IMG/VR virus record: IMGVR_UViG_2974794945_000001
Span: 229,273 to 293,272 of that record
DNA from: a virus
Taxonomy: Duplodnaviria; Heunggongvirae; Uroviricota; Caudoviricetes
Length of the DNA stretch: 64,000 nucleotides
Reading direction: 5' to 3' (one strand)
Shown here: piece after piece, positions 20,367 through 30,019 of the stretch
How positions within the stretch are numbered: the first letter of the stretch is position 1
Layout: each line of letters opens with the position of its first letter
Notes under the pieces: model-generated
Seen by the model: only the letters and a program-made list of their open reading frames with translations
Databases searched by the model: none
Told to the model about the DNA's origin: nothing
Program-made: the position numbers and the translations under genes

Positions 20367-20609
20367 ATGGAAGGATCGGAAGCGTGGGAACTTTATCATA
20401 ACCCACCTAAGATTCTAAAAGTCCCTAATGCTCCAAAAAGTCTTGATAAACACATGGAAGACTTGGATAAGACCTTTCGTAAAATAGAAGGTCGGAAACC
20501 ACGCAACGAATTAACAGAACGTGAAAAAATAATGGAAGGAATCATTCCTTTTAACGTACAACGCATTAAACAAATTGATGCGGAACAAGCTGCGCTACAA
20601 TTAATTTAA
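20367..20609 (+). CDS. hypothetical protein (ORF track start 20310; ATG 20367 avoids overlap)
   Basis: ORF. Confidence 0.45.
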   Translation: MEGSEAWELYHNPPKILKVPNAPKSLDKHMEDLDKTFRKIEGRKPRNELTEREKIMEGIIPFNVQRIKQIDAEQAALQLI

Positions 20610-20619
20610 GGAGTAACAA

Positions 20620-20973
20620 ATGTTATTAAAATTGTGGAAAGCTTTTTTAAGCTTATTTGTACCTGAAGTTAAAGACCGTCATTATTGGTTTCAAGATTTG
20701 AATGACGACCGTGATGTTCGGCGTGCATTTCTATGGGACGGTAAAAAGGTATCCCGTCAGTACTTGCAAGAATTTGTAGGTAATTTAGATGTTAAGTTTT
20801 ACCCTGATGGTAATTGTATTGTAGACGGCCCTAATCCCATTCAGCTATTCCCATATACTTTTATTTGGGAAGATTCGGATGGATATGATAGCAGCAGGTT
20901 GTATGGAGTTATCCAACGATTTGCTATGTATCGAAATCCAGACCTTCGACCAGGTACACCAAAAGCATCATGA
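20620..20973 (+). CDS. hypothetical protein (117 aa)
   Basis: ORF; ggag RBS. Confidence 0.55.
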   Translation: MLLKLWKAFLSLFVPEVKDRHYWFQDLNDDRDVRRAFLWDGKKVSRQYLQEFVGNLDVKFYPDGNCIVDGPNPIQLFPYTFIWEDSDGYDSSRLYGVIQRFAMYRNPDLRPGTPKAS

Positions 20974-21254
20974 TGAAATATATCGTTGCGCTATTGTGTG
21001 CACTATTAATAACCGCGTGTAAACCACAATCGGAATACACCACTAAAGGTTTATTGATCGGCGCTAGTTGTGGTAAAGAAACCATGGGTCGTTTTGGTGT
21101 TACTTACGATAGTGGTTGCGTTGCTGCAGTTAAAGATGAAAAAGGAGTAGCTACTTTTTCTATTGAATCCGACAGTGGTGCGTTAGTGGGGTCTCAGGTA
21201 GTAATCATTAAAACGGGTGATTACATGTACCGGGTTATAAAGTCAATTGAATAA
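20970..21254 (+). CDS. putative lipoprotein (94 aa)
   Basis: Signal peptide MMKYIVALLCALLITAC with lipobox ITAC. Confidence 0.55.
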   Translation: MMKYIVALLCALLITACKPQSEYTTKGLLIGASCGKETMGRFGVTYDSGCVAAVKDEKGVATFSIESDSGALVGSQVVIIKTGDYMYRVIKSIE

Positions 21255-21326
21255 GGAGCAAGCTTATGTGTAGTTTAAGCATACGGTAGCCCGTCTCATG
21301 TCGAGGCGGGCACCGCAGTGTGAGAA

Positions 21327-21659
21327 TTGCAAATGTCAGCCGACAAACAAACTAAAGCATTGAATCGTTCCCATGATCGTCGTACTATTAAAAACCAATT
21401 GGTTATTTGGCGTCTGTACAATCCGAATGACCAATGGCTGGTACAACAGAAACCTTCAGGGTGGCGTAAACAACGCGCCATGAACTGCAGCTGCAAGACG
21501 TGTCGTGGTTGGGCGGTTAATGCTAAACGTTTTCGTTATAACCTTCAGTTGGAGAAACAAGGTATGTGTGATAAGTTCCACACCGCTAAATCTTTTGCCC
21601 AAGTAAAGATGAAAAAAATCGATTGGGATCTTTTTGTCAAAGAAGAAGATTGGATCTAA
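21327..21659 (+). CDS. hypothetical basic protein (110 aa), CxC..C..C cluster
   Basis: ORF. Confidence 0.5.
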   Translation: MQMSADKQTKALNRSHDRRTIKNQLVIWRLYNPNDQWLVQQKPSGWRKQRAMNCSCKTCRGWAVNAKRFRYNLQLEKQGMCDKFHTAKSFAQVKMKKIDWDLFVKEEDWI

Positions 21660-21668
21660 GGATATAAT

Positions 21669-21710
21669 GGCTACCCTTCGGGGTAGCCTTATGTTTATTT
21701 CTTTTTTATT
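21669..21710 (+). terminator. rho-independent terminator
   Basis: ggctaccc-ttcg-gggtagcc + T-rich run; same hairpin at 52743. Confidence 0.7.
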
Positions 21711-21723
21711 TAAAACGATTTCA

Positions 21724-21745
21724 AAGCTATATTACATTTAGGATA
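21724..21745 (+). promoter_or_regulatory. promoter-like box aaagCTATATTACattt
   Basis: CTATATTAC motif 35 nt upstream of ATG 21770. Confidence 0.45.
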
Positions 21746-21769
21746 TCAACTACATTAAGGAATACAGCC

Positions 21770-22027
21770 ATGTCTAAACAAAAGCAAACCCGTAAAGTTC
21801 TTGGTGAATTGCGCCTTTTACAACACCGCTTCTGCACTGTCAATCCACAACGGACACGCCGTGAACTGATTGATAGTCTGCAAACGTTTGTCAGTACCGA
21901 TGGCATTGACATCATCGATGCCACAACGCGGCAAAAGATCGATCGCGTAACTTTCGACCAGAAGGTAGTGCCTGAGCATTACTATCCGGTCATCGCACAC
22001 ATTGCGGCGATTACTGCTCCGCAATAA
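21770..22027 (+). CDS. hypothetical protein (85 aa)
   Basis: ORF. Confidence 0.5.
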   Translation: MSKQKQTRKVLGELRLLQHRFCTVNPQRTRRELIDSLQTFVSTDGIDIIDATTRQKIDRVTFDQKVVPEHYYPVIAHIAAITAPQ

Positions 22028-22034
22028 ATCCCGT

Positions 22035-22062
22035 GGCCCTCCGTAATAGGAGGGCATTATAA
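22035..22062 (+). terminator. possible terminator hairpin gccctcc-gtaata-ggagggc
   Basis: 7-bp stem; weak A/T tail. Confidence 0.3.
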
Positions 22063-22074
22063 AAGGAAGTAGAC

Positions 22075-22323
22075 ATGTCACTTGCAGTTGTGTTTTTCTC
22101 CACCGTGATTGGTTTGTCTGAAGGCGTCAGCATTCCACCAGAGCCCAATCAAGAAAAGATTGAGTTTCGTGGAAGTAACGCCATGCAAGCTTGCCGTTCT
22201 TTTGAGAACGCTTTTCATACTAAACAACCAACCACGTACGGCATGCGTAAGGTTTCTATTGATACCTACGGCGTCGGGCAAGTACAACGTGAAAGCTATT
22301 GTGTAACAACTGAACAGGGTTAA
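22075..22323 (+). CDS. small secreted protein (82 aa)
   Basis: N-terminal signal-like MSLAVVFFSTVIGLSEG. Confidence 0.5.
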   Translation: MSLAVVFFSTVIGLSEGVSIPPEPNQEKIEFRGSNAMQACRSFENAFHTKQPTTYGMRKVSIDTYGVGQVQRESYCVTTEQG

Positions 22324-22328
22324 TAATA

Positions 22329-22730
22329 ATGCGTACACAAGTAGAAATCTGGGAAGATGAACGTCGTAGTTTGGAAATAGCTCTGATCAGAGCAACGCTC
22401 CAGCAGCTGTGGAATCAAGACTACGAACCAGGTCTGCTAACAATGAATGGCGTGGTTCATCTGGTAGAGCATAAAGTGGACACCAGTATGGGCAGAAATC
22501 AGACAACTGGCCATAAGGAATTCACGCTGGATGTTCTTGAATCTACAAAGTTTAAACTGGATGCACCTCTTTGGACGATCGTATTTGACGTCGAGGACAA
22601 CAAGGTTTCGGAATTGGTTATTGATACCATACTCTGCAAACGTAAAACCATCATCCATGAACTGGGTGAATATGTGTTGCATATCCTCAGCACATATCAT
22701 CCCGATGGCCGGAAACTGTTTGAAAATTAA
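22329..22730 (+). CDS. hypothetical protein (133 aa)
   Basis: ORF. Confidence 0.55.
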   Translation: MRTQVEIWEDERRSLEIALIRATLQQLWNQDYEPGLLTMNGVVHLVEHKVDTSMGRNQTTGHKEFTLDVLESTKFKLDAPLWTIVFDVEDNKVSELVIDTILCKRKTIIHELGEYVLHILSTYHPDGRKLFEN

Positions 22731-22732
22731 GT

Positions 22733-22761
22733 GTTGACACAAGGAGAGACTACGGGTAAAC
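22733..22761 (+). promoter_or_regulatory. sigma70-type promoter TTGACA-N17-TAAACT
   Basis: Perfect -35 TTGACA at 22733-22738, 17-nt spacer, -10 TAAACT at 22756-22761; 33 nt upstream of ATG 22794. Confidence 0.5.
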
Positions 22762-22793
22762 TATAGTCTCAATCAAAACGGAAGGGAAACATA

Positions 22794-23000
22794 ATGAAGT
22801 ACGAAGATCTACTGCATCTGTCATCGCAAGTTCGGGTGTCTTATCTGGTAGCTGTCCTCAAAGCAGTTTGTGTCGAGGCGAAGGAATCGCCAAAGCCCCT
22901 AGCAACAGTTATAAATGCAACATTGGCAGTGTTTAGCTTGACTGCCACCGAACACGATGCGTTGAAACAAGAAGCATTAGAACGCCTACAAGACGAATAA
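22794..23000 (+). CDS. hypothetical protein (68 aa)
   Basis: ORF with ggaagggaaa RBS. Confidence 0.5.
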   Translation: MKYEDLLHLSSQVRVSYLVAVLKAVCVEAKESPKPLATVINATLAVFSLTATEHDALKQEALERLQDE

Positions 23001-23044
23001 TTGGACTGAGCCTCGCAAGGGGCTCAACTCTCAAGGAAAACAAA

Positions 23045-23314
23045 ATGATTGAAGCACTATTGAACTTTCCATGGAAAATCCAATTGGGTTTAATATGGAT
23101 TGTGTTGACTCTATTGGGTGTGTGGCTGGCTAACAACATGCTCAATGATGCATGGCGTAATAAAACCTGGTGTATGTTTATTGGGTGTTTTAACATCTTT
23201 GCCTTGTTGTTGAATCTGTTGTCTGCAACCGTAATGATTGTGGATTATAGCCAAGAACAATATCAAGATGAACTGTTTACTCAGGAATTGCAACGTGAGA
23301 GTATTCCGTATTGA
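23045..23314 (+). CDS. small membrane protein (89 aa, two TM)
   Basis: Hydrophobic segments. Confidence 0.5.
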   Translation: MIEALLNFPWKIQLGLIWIVLTLLGVWLANNMLNDAWRNKTWCMFIGCFNIFALLLNLLSATVMIVDYSQEQYQDELFTQELQRESIPY

Positions 23315-23669
23315 AGATGTTTACGGGAATGGTATCTACGCTGTTGAAATGGGATATGAAATGTCATTGGCTGCTGGCCTAGACGAATACTTTCCTTTTG
23401 AAGGTCATTCTAATCAACCCGTTCCAAGTGAAGATGGTCTTACCCGTGGTGATGAAGCATGGGGGAAATACTACGGGTTTGCTGGTATCCCGCAACTGTT
23501 AAATTGGATTAACGGTTGTCCTGTAGAAAGGCTGTATGAAAAAGGTGGGCTTGTAATCCAACTCGATGTTAAAAAAGCAGAGTTTGGTTATAACCAATGT
23601 CGGTTTGCTGAAACCGATATCATTTCGCGTAAACCATTGAAGTTGTACGATCTACAGAGGATTCTATAA
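23238..23669 (+). CDS. hypothetical protein (start uncertain)
   Basis: ORF overlapping the previous gene in another frame. Confidence 0.4.
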   Translation: MWIIAKNNIKMNCLLRNCNVRVFRIEDVYGNGIYAVEMGYEMSLAAGLDEYFPFEGHSNQPVPSEDGLTRGDEAWGKYYGFAGIPQLLNWINGCPVERLYEKGGLVIQLDVKKAEFGYNQCRFAETDIISRKPLKLYDLQRIL

Positions 23670-24317
23670 ATGGCGATGTATTCTGGTCTACGGTTGGACC
23701 TTAAGTTGAAATCTGAAACCCCACCACAAATCATCGTGTGGTTGTCTAAGCATGCAATGCATGAAGGTAACATTCCAGAGATCAATAGTTTCTTTTCTTA
23801 CGGGGTTACTTACTTTCCAGATTGGAAAGGTGGTTCACTAAAACGTATTGACGAAGGTGATGGTTATTGGCACCTGAAATCGAATGGTGTAAGTTCTGGT
23901 TACGATGACACTAAAATTGCTTTCTTCCTGCATGAAATCCAACCGTGGTTGATTTTAGAAGAAGGACAAATTCTGGCGTCTATTATCTACGAAGAACGTG
24001 AAGCAGTTGAACGTATCTTCTGGATTGACCCCAAAGACACTTTGGTGCGCCGCCGTCGAGCTACAGTGTATTGTTACGAAGATGATCATCCTCGTGATTG
24101 GAATGCATTAGAACTAGCTGAACCACTGGGTTTTGAATCTGCAGCAAACCGACCTAATTGGTTGGATGAAGAAATATTCAACTTTGCATGCAATGCGGTG
24201 GTAAGTCCAGCACAAGAAGAAAAACGTATCCTGGCTAAACAGCATAATGAAAAATATGCAGCAGGCAGCGTAGAAGCAATTCAAGAAGAACTTAAAGCAT
24301 TGGAAGGGAAGCAATGA
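23670..24317 (+). CDS. hypothetical protein (215 aa)
   Basis: ORF. Confidence 0.55.
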   Translation: MAMYSGLRLDLKLKSETPPQIIVWLSKHAMHEGNIPEINSFFSYGVTYFPDWKGGSLKRIDEGDGYWHLKSNGVSSGYDDTKIAFFLHEIQPWLILEEGQILASIIYEEREAVERIFWIDPKDTLVRRRRATVYCYEDDHPRDWNALELAEPLGFESAANRPNWLDEEIFNFACNAVVSPAQEEKRILAKQHNEKYAAGSVEAIQEELKALEGKQ

Positions 24318-24733
24318 ATATTCATTCGTGGCGTGATGGGCGTTTTATTCTGGCAAAGGATTCACTGCTGGCGATGGCTGCTCGATTAGGTTTTATGTCT
24401 ATTGATCAGATCAATGAACTGCCCATTGCCAGTGACGTGGGGTTGCACGATGGCTGGTGTGTTGATATCCACGCTAGTAAAGGTATTGGTGGACGTATTC
24501 GCCATACACTTGACATCAACATTTGGAATGACATTGAAGATTGTCAATGGAAGTTTACCATTGACGTGTTGGGTCAGAATCAATGTAAAAACTGTTACTT
24601 TCCAGAAATTGGAAACTTCGGTAAAGATGTAGATACATTGTCAGAAAATGATTTCAATGACATTTGTTATTTGCCGGAAGTCTTTGCAGATTTTGTAGCT
24701 ACTCTCTTGCTCGAACATCACAGGCCAAAGTAG
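24314..24733 (+). CDS. hypothetical protein (139 aa)
   Basis: ORF; ATGA overlap. Confidence 0.55.
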   Translation: MNIHSWRDGRFILAKDSLLAMAARLGFMSIDQINELPIASDVGLHDGWCVDIHASKGIGGRIRHTLDINIWNDIEDCQWKFTIDVLGQNQCKNCYFPEIGNFGKDVDTLSENDFNDICYLPEVFADFVATLLLEHHRPK

Positions 24734-24734
24734 C

Positions 24735-25160
24735 ATGCAGACGGAAAGAAATAAAGAATTAACCAAGCACATGATCAGTGCGGTCATTGATAAGTATCTG
24801 GAATATGGTTACTTAACTTGGTCACTGACAAAGGCTCGCACAAATGATCCGTTATACACCATGCACCATCATGGTTATGTAGAGTATCTACGAGTCGAAG
24901 CAAAAGAAGAGGGGTTTACTTTCCATCGAACTGGGGTAGGGCACCCAGATAAAAATTACACGGTGGTAGTTAAACTTAATCCACAGTTTGAAGTTGTTGA
25001 GGTGGAAATAGAAACCTCATACTTCACCCACTTAGAAATTGCAATTGATCTACATCATGTTATTTCTGAAGTAATGGACCAATATCACGCAGATGGTTCC
25101 CTTCGTGAACCACAAGCAAAAAACATTTCTGATTGCATTTGCAATCGACAGGGGAAGTAA
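24735..25160 (+). CDS. hypothetical protein (141 aa)
   Basis: ORF. Confidence 0.55.
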   Translation: MQTERNKELTKHMISAVIDKYLEYGYLTWSLTKARTNDPLYTMHHHGYVEYLRVEAKEEGFTFHRTGVGHPDKNYTVVVKLNPQFEVVEVEIETSYFTHLEIAIDLHHVISEVMDQYHADGSLREPQAKNISDCICNRQGK

Positions 25161-25163
25161 GTA

Positions 25164-25649
25164 ATGAATGCAGTTGGCGTAGCTAAACGTTTGGGTATGG
25201 GCATGTTGGAAGTGCTAGTAAAAGACTTCATTGCCAGCGGATACATTGCACTGTTTAATGACGGTTGCACCAGTCGCTCTTTCCGTTATTCCACTACCGG
25301 TCGTATTTATATCAAATACGCTGTGGAAGGGAAGACTGAAAAAGTACACTTCACCGTACAGAACCTTACGTCATTGCGTGAGGAAACTGTGGTATACACA
25401 CTGCCGAAGCGCAGTGATGGTACTGTTGAAGTATTGCATGATATTACCAAACCGTACACGTTGGATTTTGTTTGGCTCACTACCGAACTGGCTAAAGCCA
25501 TGATTGTATTGCACAATCAAATCACCATTACTGGTGAACGCCAAGAACGTATCGAAGGGGGTAAAGGTTATTCGGTTATTGCTGCCGATAACGTTGCCGA
25601 ACAATTTACACGTATGCGCAACAATGGTACACCTGGAGTAGCTAACTAA
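25164..25649 (+). CDS. hypothetical protein (161 aa)
   Basis: ORF. Confidence 0.55.
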   Translation: MNAVGVAKRLGMGMLEVLVKDFIASGYIALFNDGCTSRSFRYSTTGRIYIKYAVEGKTEKVHFTVQNLTSLREETVVYTLPKRSDGTVEVLHDITKPYTLDFVWLTTELAKAMIVLHNQITITGERQERIEGGKGYSVIAADNVAEQFTRMRNNGTPGVAN

Positions 25650-25927
25650 TGTGGGCTTACATTTCACCCATGATTGGTTATTTGATTCCTCTACTCATCT
25701 CGGCGGTTTGGTTAACATACCGTACTTTTGTAGTGGGTATGGATTCAGTCCGTTACTCACGCAATTATAACCCACGTATTCATAAAAGAGAATATGTTCA
25801 GAAGTGTCAGGAAAAATTCCAATACTTCAGTTTTCTTTGTATGGGTGCGGTACTTATGTGGATAGCGTTTATTACTATCCTGTTCGTTTCTGTATTTGGG
25901 ATAGCGCATGGAACATCTGGAATCTAG
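25649..25927 (+). CDS. membrane protein (92 aa, two TM)
   Basis: Hydrophobic. Confidence 0.5.
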   Translation: MWAYISPMIGYLIPLLISAVWLTYRTFVVGMDSVRYSRNYNPRIHKREYVQKCQEKFQYFSFLCMGAVLMWIAFITILFVSVFGIAHGTSGI

Positions 25928-26369
25928 TTGCATTAAAATGCTGAATGACGTAATGACCGGCCACCAGCTGGTGCGTTACAAAATGATCACTGAGCTTACG
26001 GCAGCCTGGCGATTAAACACACAGTGGCGAATGGATCATGCTGAAGGTGCGTCATCTTCAGCAATTGATAAATTCATCTGGAAGAACCATCTCTGTTATT
26101 ACCCGAACAAAAAGACTGATCGCACCATTCGTGGCTACTCGATTCGTGATACAGAAAACGGATGGATTATGTTTACGGATTCCGATCCAGATAAACCTAT
26201 GCCCTTGAAAGACCACTTGCGTCAACTGGGGTTGCCTGCTGGAGCCATTCCGGATATTATCCGTTTGCCTTTAGAGCCGGATGGTTTTGTAACCCCCAAA
26301 GGTCGCACTTTTCAAGCAGATGCTTTTTATGTCTGGTTGTATGATCCAAAGAATTACTTTTGGAGTTAA
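25908..26369 (+). CDS. hypothetical protein (153 aa)
   Basis: ORF. Confidence 0.5.
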   Translation: MEHLESSCIKMLNDVMTGHQLVRYKMITELTAAWRLNTQWRMDHAEGASSSAIDKFIWKNHLCYYPNKKTDRTIRGYSIRDTENGWIMFTDSDPDKPMPLKDHLRQLGLPAGAIPDIIRLPLEPDGFVTPKGRTFQADAFYVWLYDPKNYFWS

Positions 26370-26749
26370 TCATGAAGCTTTTAAAGCTCATGTTGGCAGC
26401 GGGTATTGCCGTAGGTATGACCATGTGTCATCCGGTTATGGCGGTACCCAAACCAACCAATGTAATTGTAGTAGAGAACAAAACTTGTCAAACCGGGGAT
26501 CGCTTCTTAGCTGAGGTTATTCGGTTAATACAAGAAGGTAGAGCAAACATTGAAATTGTTTCTTACCTGGATAAACTTACACCCAATCGCGAAAAGGACC
26601 CACAAGGTTATTTAGGTATTACGATAGTGAAATTAAACATCACCAATGTTCGTACATCTCTAAATAAAGCGTTCAGGGAGAACGCTATTCGCAAAACCCA
26701 AATGGCTAACTGCACGGAAACAGTTGGTAAAAGTTTTACTTTATATTGA
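26360..26749 (+). CDS. secreted protein (129 aa)
   Basis: Signal peptide MKLLKLMLAAGIAVGMTMCHPVMA. Confidence 0.55.
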   Translation: MELIMKLLKLMLAAGIAVGMTMCHPVMAVPKPTNVIVVENKTCQTGDRFLAEVIRLIQEGRANIEIVSYLDKLTPNREKDPQGYLGITIVKLNITNVRTSLNKAFRENAIRKTQMANCTETVGKSFTLY

Positions 26750-26758
26750 GGCACTGAT

Positions 26759-27217
26759 ATGGACCTGCAACTTATTCGCGAACTACGTGACACCTTTAAA
26801 GATCGTTACGTATCGGCTAACGATCTTTTTGTTAAGTCGTTGAACACAGTCGCAACTCCAGTCATGGGTAGTCCAAAAGCAGTTTTGTGGATTATTGTTG
26901 ATAATGCTCGTGGTGAAGACATTGTTCGTCGTCATTACGAAGCAATGCTCAAGGAAGATGAAAAGATTACAGGCAAGGAACAATTGATTGATCCTTACGG
27001 TGGTCCTTCTCAACTGGCTACCCGTCTGCGTCAACAAGGGTACCATATGGAGTTGACTGTACTGCCAGAGGACTTTGATAAAAAGACCAAGTACATCCAA
27101 CTGAAGCACGCAGAAATGCTGGCAAAGCATTACGATGTTCAAGCCGTTTGTTATAACCTGGATAATCGAGTTATGCCAGATGAAGAGACTTTGAAGATTG
27201 ACGGGATCAATGAATGA
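26759..27217 (+). CDS. hypothetical protein (152 aa)
   Basis: ORF. Confidence 0.55.
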   Translation: MDLQLIRELRDTFKDRYVSANDLFVKSLNTVATPVMGSPKAVLWIIVDNARGEDIVRRHYEAMLKEDEKITGKEQLIDPYGGPSQLATRLRQQGYHMELTVLPEDFDKKTKYIQLKHAEMLAKHYDVQAVCYNLDNRVMPDEETLKIDGINE

Positions 27218-27666
27218 AAAAGTTTGTTGCTGTGTTGCTGATGATGTTTTCAGTAATGACGTGGGCTAATAAAAAACCCGATGTCATCATTGATTACAAA
27301 AACAAAGAAAAGATCGCAATCACCCCACATGTGTGTGAAGTGGTTGAAGGGCTGGTAGATGAAGTAGTTGTAAAGATGGAGAAAGGTGCTAGTGATGACA
27401 CCCTTGTCCAACTGTTGGCAAATCTTTCTATTAAGGAAGTAGCTGACACATCAACTTATTTATCAGCTTACATGGTCGGTAGTGCAGTTCCTTATATCCG
27501 TACAATGTTGGATAACCCAACGGTATTGGTATTCATGCATAACCATCCGGATCGAACCAAAGCGGAATCAGTTGCGGCTACAATGCGATTGAAATGCGAT
27601 GTACAACACGGCACGCAATATGAAGCACCCCGTCGACTCTATCTGATTAAAGATAAGTCTATTTAA
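27214..27666 (+). CDS. secreted protein (150 aa)
   Basis: Signal peptide MKKFVAVLLMMFSVMTWA. Confidence 0.55.
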   Translation: MKKFVAVLLMMFSVMTWANKKPDVIIDYKNKEKIAITPHVCEVVEGLVDEVVVKMEKGASDDTLVQLLANLSIKEVADTSTYLSAYMVGSAVPYIRTMLDNPTVLVFMHNHPDRTKAESVAATMRLKCDVQHGTQYEAPRRLYLIKDKSI

Positions 27667-27670
27667 AGAT

Positions 27671-27708
27671 GGCCTCCCTTCGGGGAGGCTTCCCTTATTT
27701 CTTTTTTA
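27671..27708 (+). terminator. rho-independent terminator
   Basis: ggcctccc-ttcg-gggaggct + T-rich tail. Confidence 0.7.
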
Positions 27709-27718
27709 TGTTCCAAAT

Positions 27719-27745
27719 AATCTCAGATCTATATTACTATCTTGA
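27719..27745 (+). promoter_or_regulatory. promoter-like box (27-nt exact copy of 7948..7974)
   Basis: aatctcagatCTATATTACtatcttga. Confidence 0.5.
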
Positions 27746-27800
27746 TGTAGTCACCAAAAAGAATAATAACTCAGGAGTATCTGTTATAGGAGCAAAAGCA

Positions 27801-28277
27801 ATGGCTTTTACCAAATTAGCTATTGTTAGTGGAGAATGGCAACTTGATCCAGATCAGGTTTTTCGTCTCTATGTGCGCCCGACGCTTACAATTTTAAATC
27901 GTGCCGGAGTTACGCACTATGTATCTGCATTCGCAACAACCGCAAGAAGAACAACTGATTCACTCGACACAACGTCGCACTCTTTCGTTTGCTCCGCCTC
28001 CGCTCCCAGTAGCGCGTTTGGGGGAACGAGCGGGTCAGACTACTCCGCGTCAAACAGCCAGTGGTTGGAACCGATAGTTCAATCACATAACTTTCACATG
28101 CTTGGGGAATTGTCTCACGACAGTTCTCCGATTATGGCCGGTTTGCTGATACGCGATACTGTTACCTGGAAAGCATTAGACATGCAATCTGGGTTGATCT
28201 GTATTGACGACACGGAAGCTACTAACCAATTCGATGAACAGCTCATCGAAATTCTTAAACGTTTTAAGGTGGGTTGA
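27801..28277 (+). CDS. hypothetical protein (158 aa), Ser-rich low-complexity middle
   Basis: ORF track start 27669 lies inside the terminator. ATG 27801 has RBS taggag and follows the promoter box. Confidence 0.5.
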   Translation: MAFTKLAIVSGEWQLDPDQVFRLYVRPTLTILNRAGVTHYVSAFATTARRTTDSLDTTSHSFVCSASAPSSAFGGTSGSDYSASNSQWLEPIVQSHNFHMLGELSHDSSPIMAGLLIRDTVTWKALDMQSGLICIDDTEATNQFDEQLIEILKRFKVG

Positions 28278-28612
28278 TGTGTACTGATATTGCAATTACC
28301 CTGAGTCAAATCCCAACGCGGGATGACCTTTTCAAAGTGGGTATAGGTAAAACGGTTAACGAAATATTGGAGTACATTGTTAAAGAATTCTCGGGTCCCA
28401 CAGGTGAACCGGATTACTTTGCAAAAGCGCAAAACAATATGGATTATTGGAAATGGTACGTTGAACTACCTTTCTCAGTAAGTGAGTATGCACAGCATGC
28501 CGTGCGAGATGCATTAACAGAAAAAGCTTTTGATCTGGTACATTTCAACGACTACGAATCTTTTGACTCCGGGTTTACCCGCATGTCAATTACCGTAAAC
28601 AAAAAGGGCTAA
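28274..28612 (+). CDS. hypothetical protein (112 aa)
   Basis: ORF. Confidence 0.5.
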   Translation: MMCTDIAITLSQIPTRDDLFKVGIGKTVNEILEYIVKEFSGPTGEPDYFAKAQNNMDYWKWYVELPFSVSEYAQHAVRDALTEKAFDLVHFNDYESFDSGFTRMSITVNKKG

Positions 28613-28617
28613 ACTAC

Positions 28618-28974
28618 ATGTGTCATAGGTACGCTGATCCTGATGCTTACATTGCTGCTGAAACTGACCGAGTGGTTAACAGCGTAATGAAAGAAGTCAT
28701 GGTAAGACATGTTTTACCACTAAATGCCAAACCGGATCGTTTTCATCGTGATGGTGTTGTTTTTATAATGGATGTTACAGACGACATTCATTCCAATTCC
28801 GAAGCAGGAAAACGCATCACCAAAGAACTTATGAGTCTTGGTTTTATTCATGCGCGTTTCTACGATAACAAGAAAGAGCATTATCGCACTATCTTGGAAT
28901 ACACATTGGCACCTCTGGCTTTGTTTGAAGAAGAACGCGCCAGTTATGAAAGAGAGATGGCCACTAGTGTTTGA
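28618..28974 (+). CDS. hypothetical protein (118 aa)
   Basis: ORF. Confidence 0.5.
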   Translation: MCHRYADPDAYIAAETDRVVNSVMKEVMVRHVLPLNAKPDRFHRDGVVFIMDVTDDIHSNSEAGKRITKELMSLGFIHARFYDNKKEHYRTILEYTLAPLALFEEERASYEREMATSV

Positions 28975-29239
28975 TTTAGCTAAGTGCGATACATTTCACG
29001 AAGGCGATATCATTGTTTCTTTTAAGAAAGACGACAATGAAACTAAAGCTAAAATCATCGGTACGTTGAATGCTTTAGGGTTTCATCAATGGGCTTATTC
29101 TCTACGTGGTGATTACGAACAGTATCTGTTTGTAGCTGATTACGAAAAGCGCAAACAAGACCATTTGAATAGTTGCATGAATTCACTTTCTCTTTTGCCG
29201 AGTGCTGTTAAGCAAAAGCTTTCGGAATTGGTAGTATGA
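28946..29239 (+). CDS. hypothetical protein (97 aa from internal ATG)
   Basis: ORF 28838..29239; ATG 28946 gives a 29-nt overlap only. Confidence 0.45.
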   Translation: MKERWPLVFDLAKCDTFHEGDIIVSFKKDDNETKAKIIGTLNALGFHQWAYSLRGDYEQYLFVADYEKRKQDHLNSCMNSLSLLPSAVKQKLSELVV

Positions 29240-29658
29240 ATCCATACATTTGCGACATGCTTGATACATTGATTAGAAAGCGTCGTGAAGAGTTTTGGTG
29301 GTTAGCTGGCCCAACCACACCCTTGCCTGACGAACACATTGTCAGTCAACCTCACGGGCGCTTCTATGAATCAAGTTCACCGTTAGCCACCGAACGGCGT
29401 GAGTTGTTACTCAGCAACAATAAAGAAAGTAACCTACTGAAGTTTGTATGGGACGATGTAGTAATTTTATACATTGGTTCCCTAACCGATGAAGAACAAA
29501 TTGTTTTCCATTGGATACGCGGAGACGCAGTAGATGAAGAAGAACCCCTATCCCGAGAGTCTCTCATTCGAAGAGATCCTAGCTTCAGTTGCTGGCGGGG
29601 CATTAGTCGTGACGACCAAGGAATTCGAAAAGAAATTTCCGGATTTGAAAACGACTGA
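29236..29658 (+). CDS. hypothetical protein (140 aa)
   Basis: ORF. Confidence 0.5.
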   Translation: MNPYICDMLDTLIRKRREEFWWLAGPTTPLPDEHIVSQPHGRFYESSSPLATERRELLLSNNKESNLLKFVWDDVVILYIGSLTDEEQIVFHWIRGDAVDEEEPLSRESLIRRDPSFSCWRGISRDDQGIRKEISGFEND

Positions 29659-29722
29659 TCCAAACAGCATTAAATTGGAACTTAAACCAGAACCCGAACA
29701 CAGCGTGGATGTACACGTATGA
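29534..29722 (+). CDS. possible small protein (62 aa), overlaps previous in another frame
   Basis: ORF. Confidence 0.3.
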   Translation: MKKNPYPESLSFEEILASVAGGALVVTTKEFEKKFPDLKTTDPNSIKLELKPEPEHSVDVHV

Positions 29723-30003
29723 GCAATGCAAATGCCAACATGTTGGCAATTCGTGGAAAGATGGTAGAAGATCTGGTTGAAATGAATCAGAACGTTCAAG
29801 AAGTCTTGGATAACAAAGACCTTGGGTTTACCATTGAGCAGTCGGTAGCAGTTAAAAAAGCAATAGAAGAAACGACCTATGAAACTTTGCGTGTAATTGA
29901 TGCAAGAGCGCAAATCTTTCCATCAGGTCATAACTTAGGTGAGATGCCATTCTTTGATGAAGGTGAACTTACCATTGCTTATATAAAAGCCATTAACACT
30001 TGA
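29719..30003 (+). CDS. INS/INT-tail family small protein, member A (ends ..AYIKAINT)
   Basis: ORF; conserved C-terminal aromatic-x3-I-N-T followed by stop. Confidence 0.55.
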   Translation: MSNANANMLAIRGKMVEDLVEMNQNVQEVLDNKDLGFTIEQSVAVKKAIEETTYETLRVIDARAQIFPSGHNLGEMPFFDEGELTIAYIKAINT

Positions 30004-30019
30004 CACTTAGGAAGCAGTA

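Noticed and set aside
27669-27800. Upstream extension of the ORF at 27669
   Set aside because: It would start inside the terminator hairpin and run through the promoter box. ATG 27801 with RBS taggag is the plausible start.
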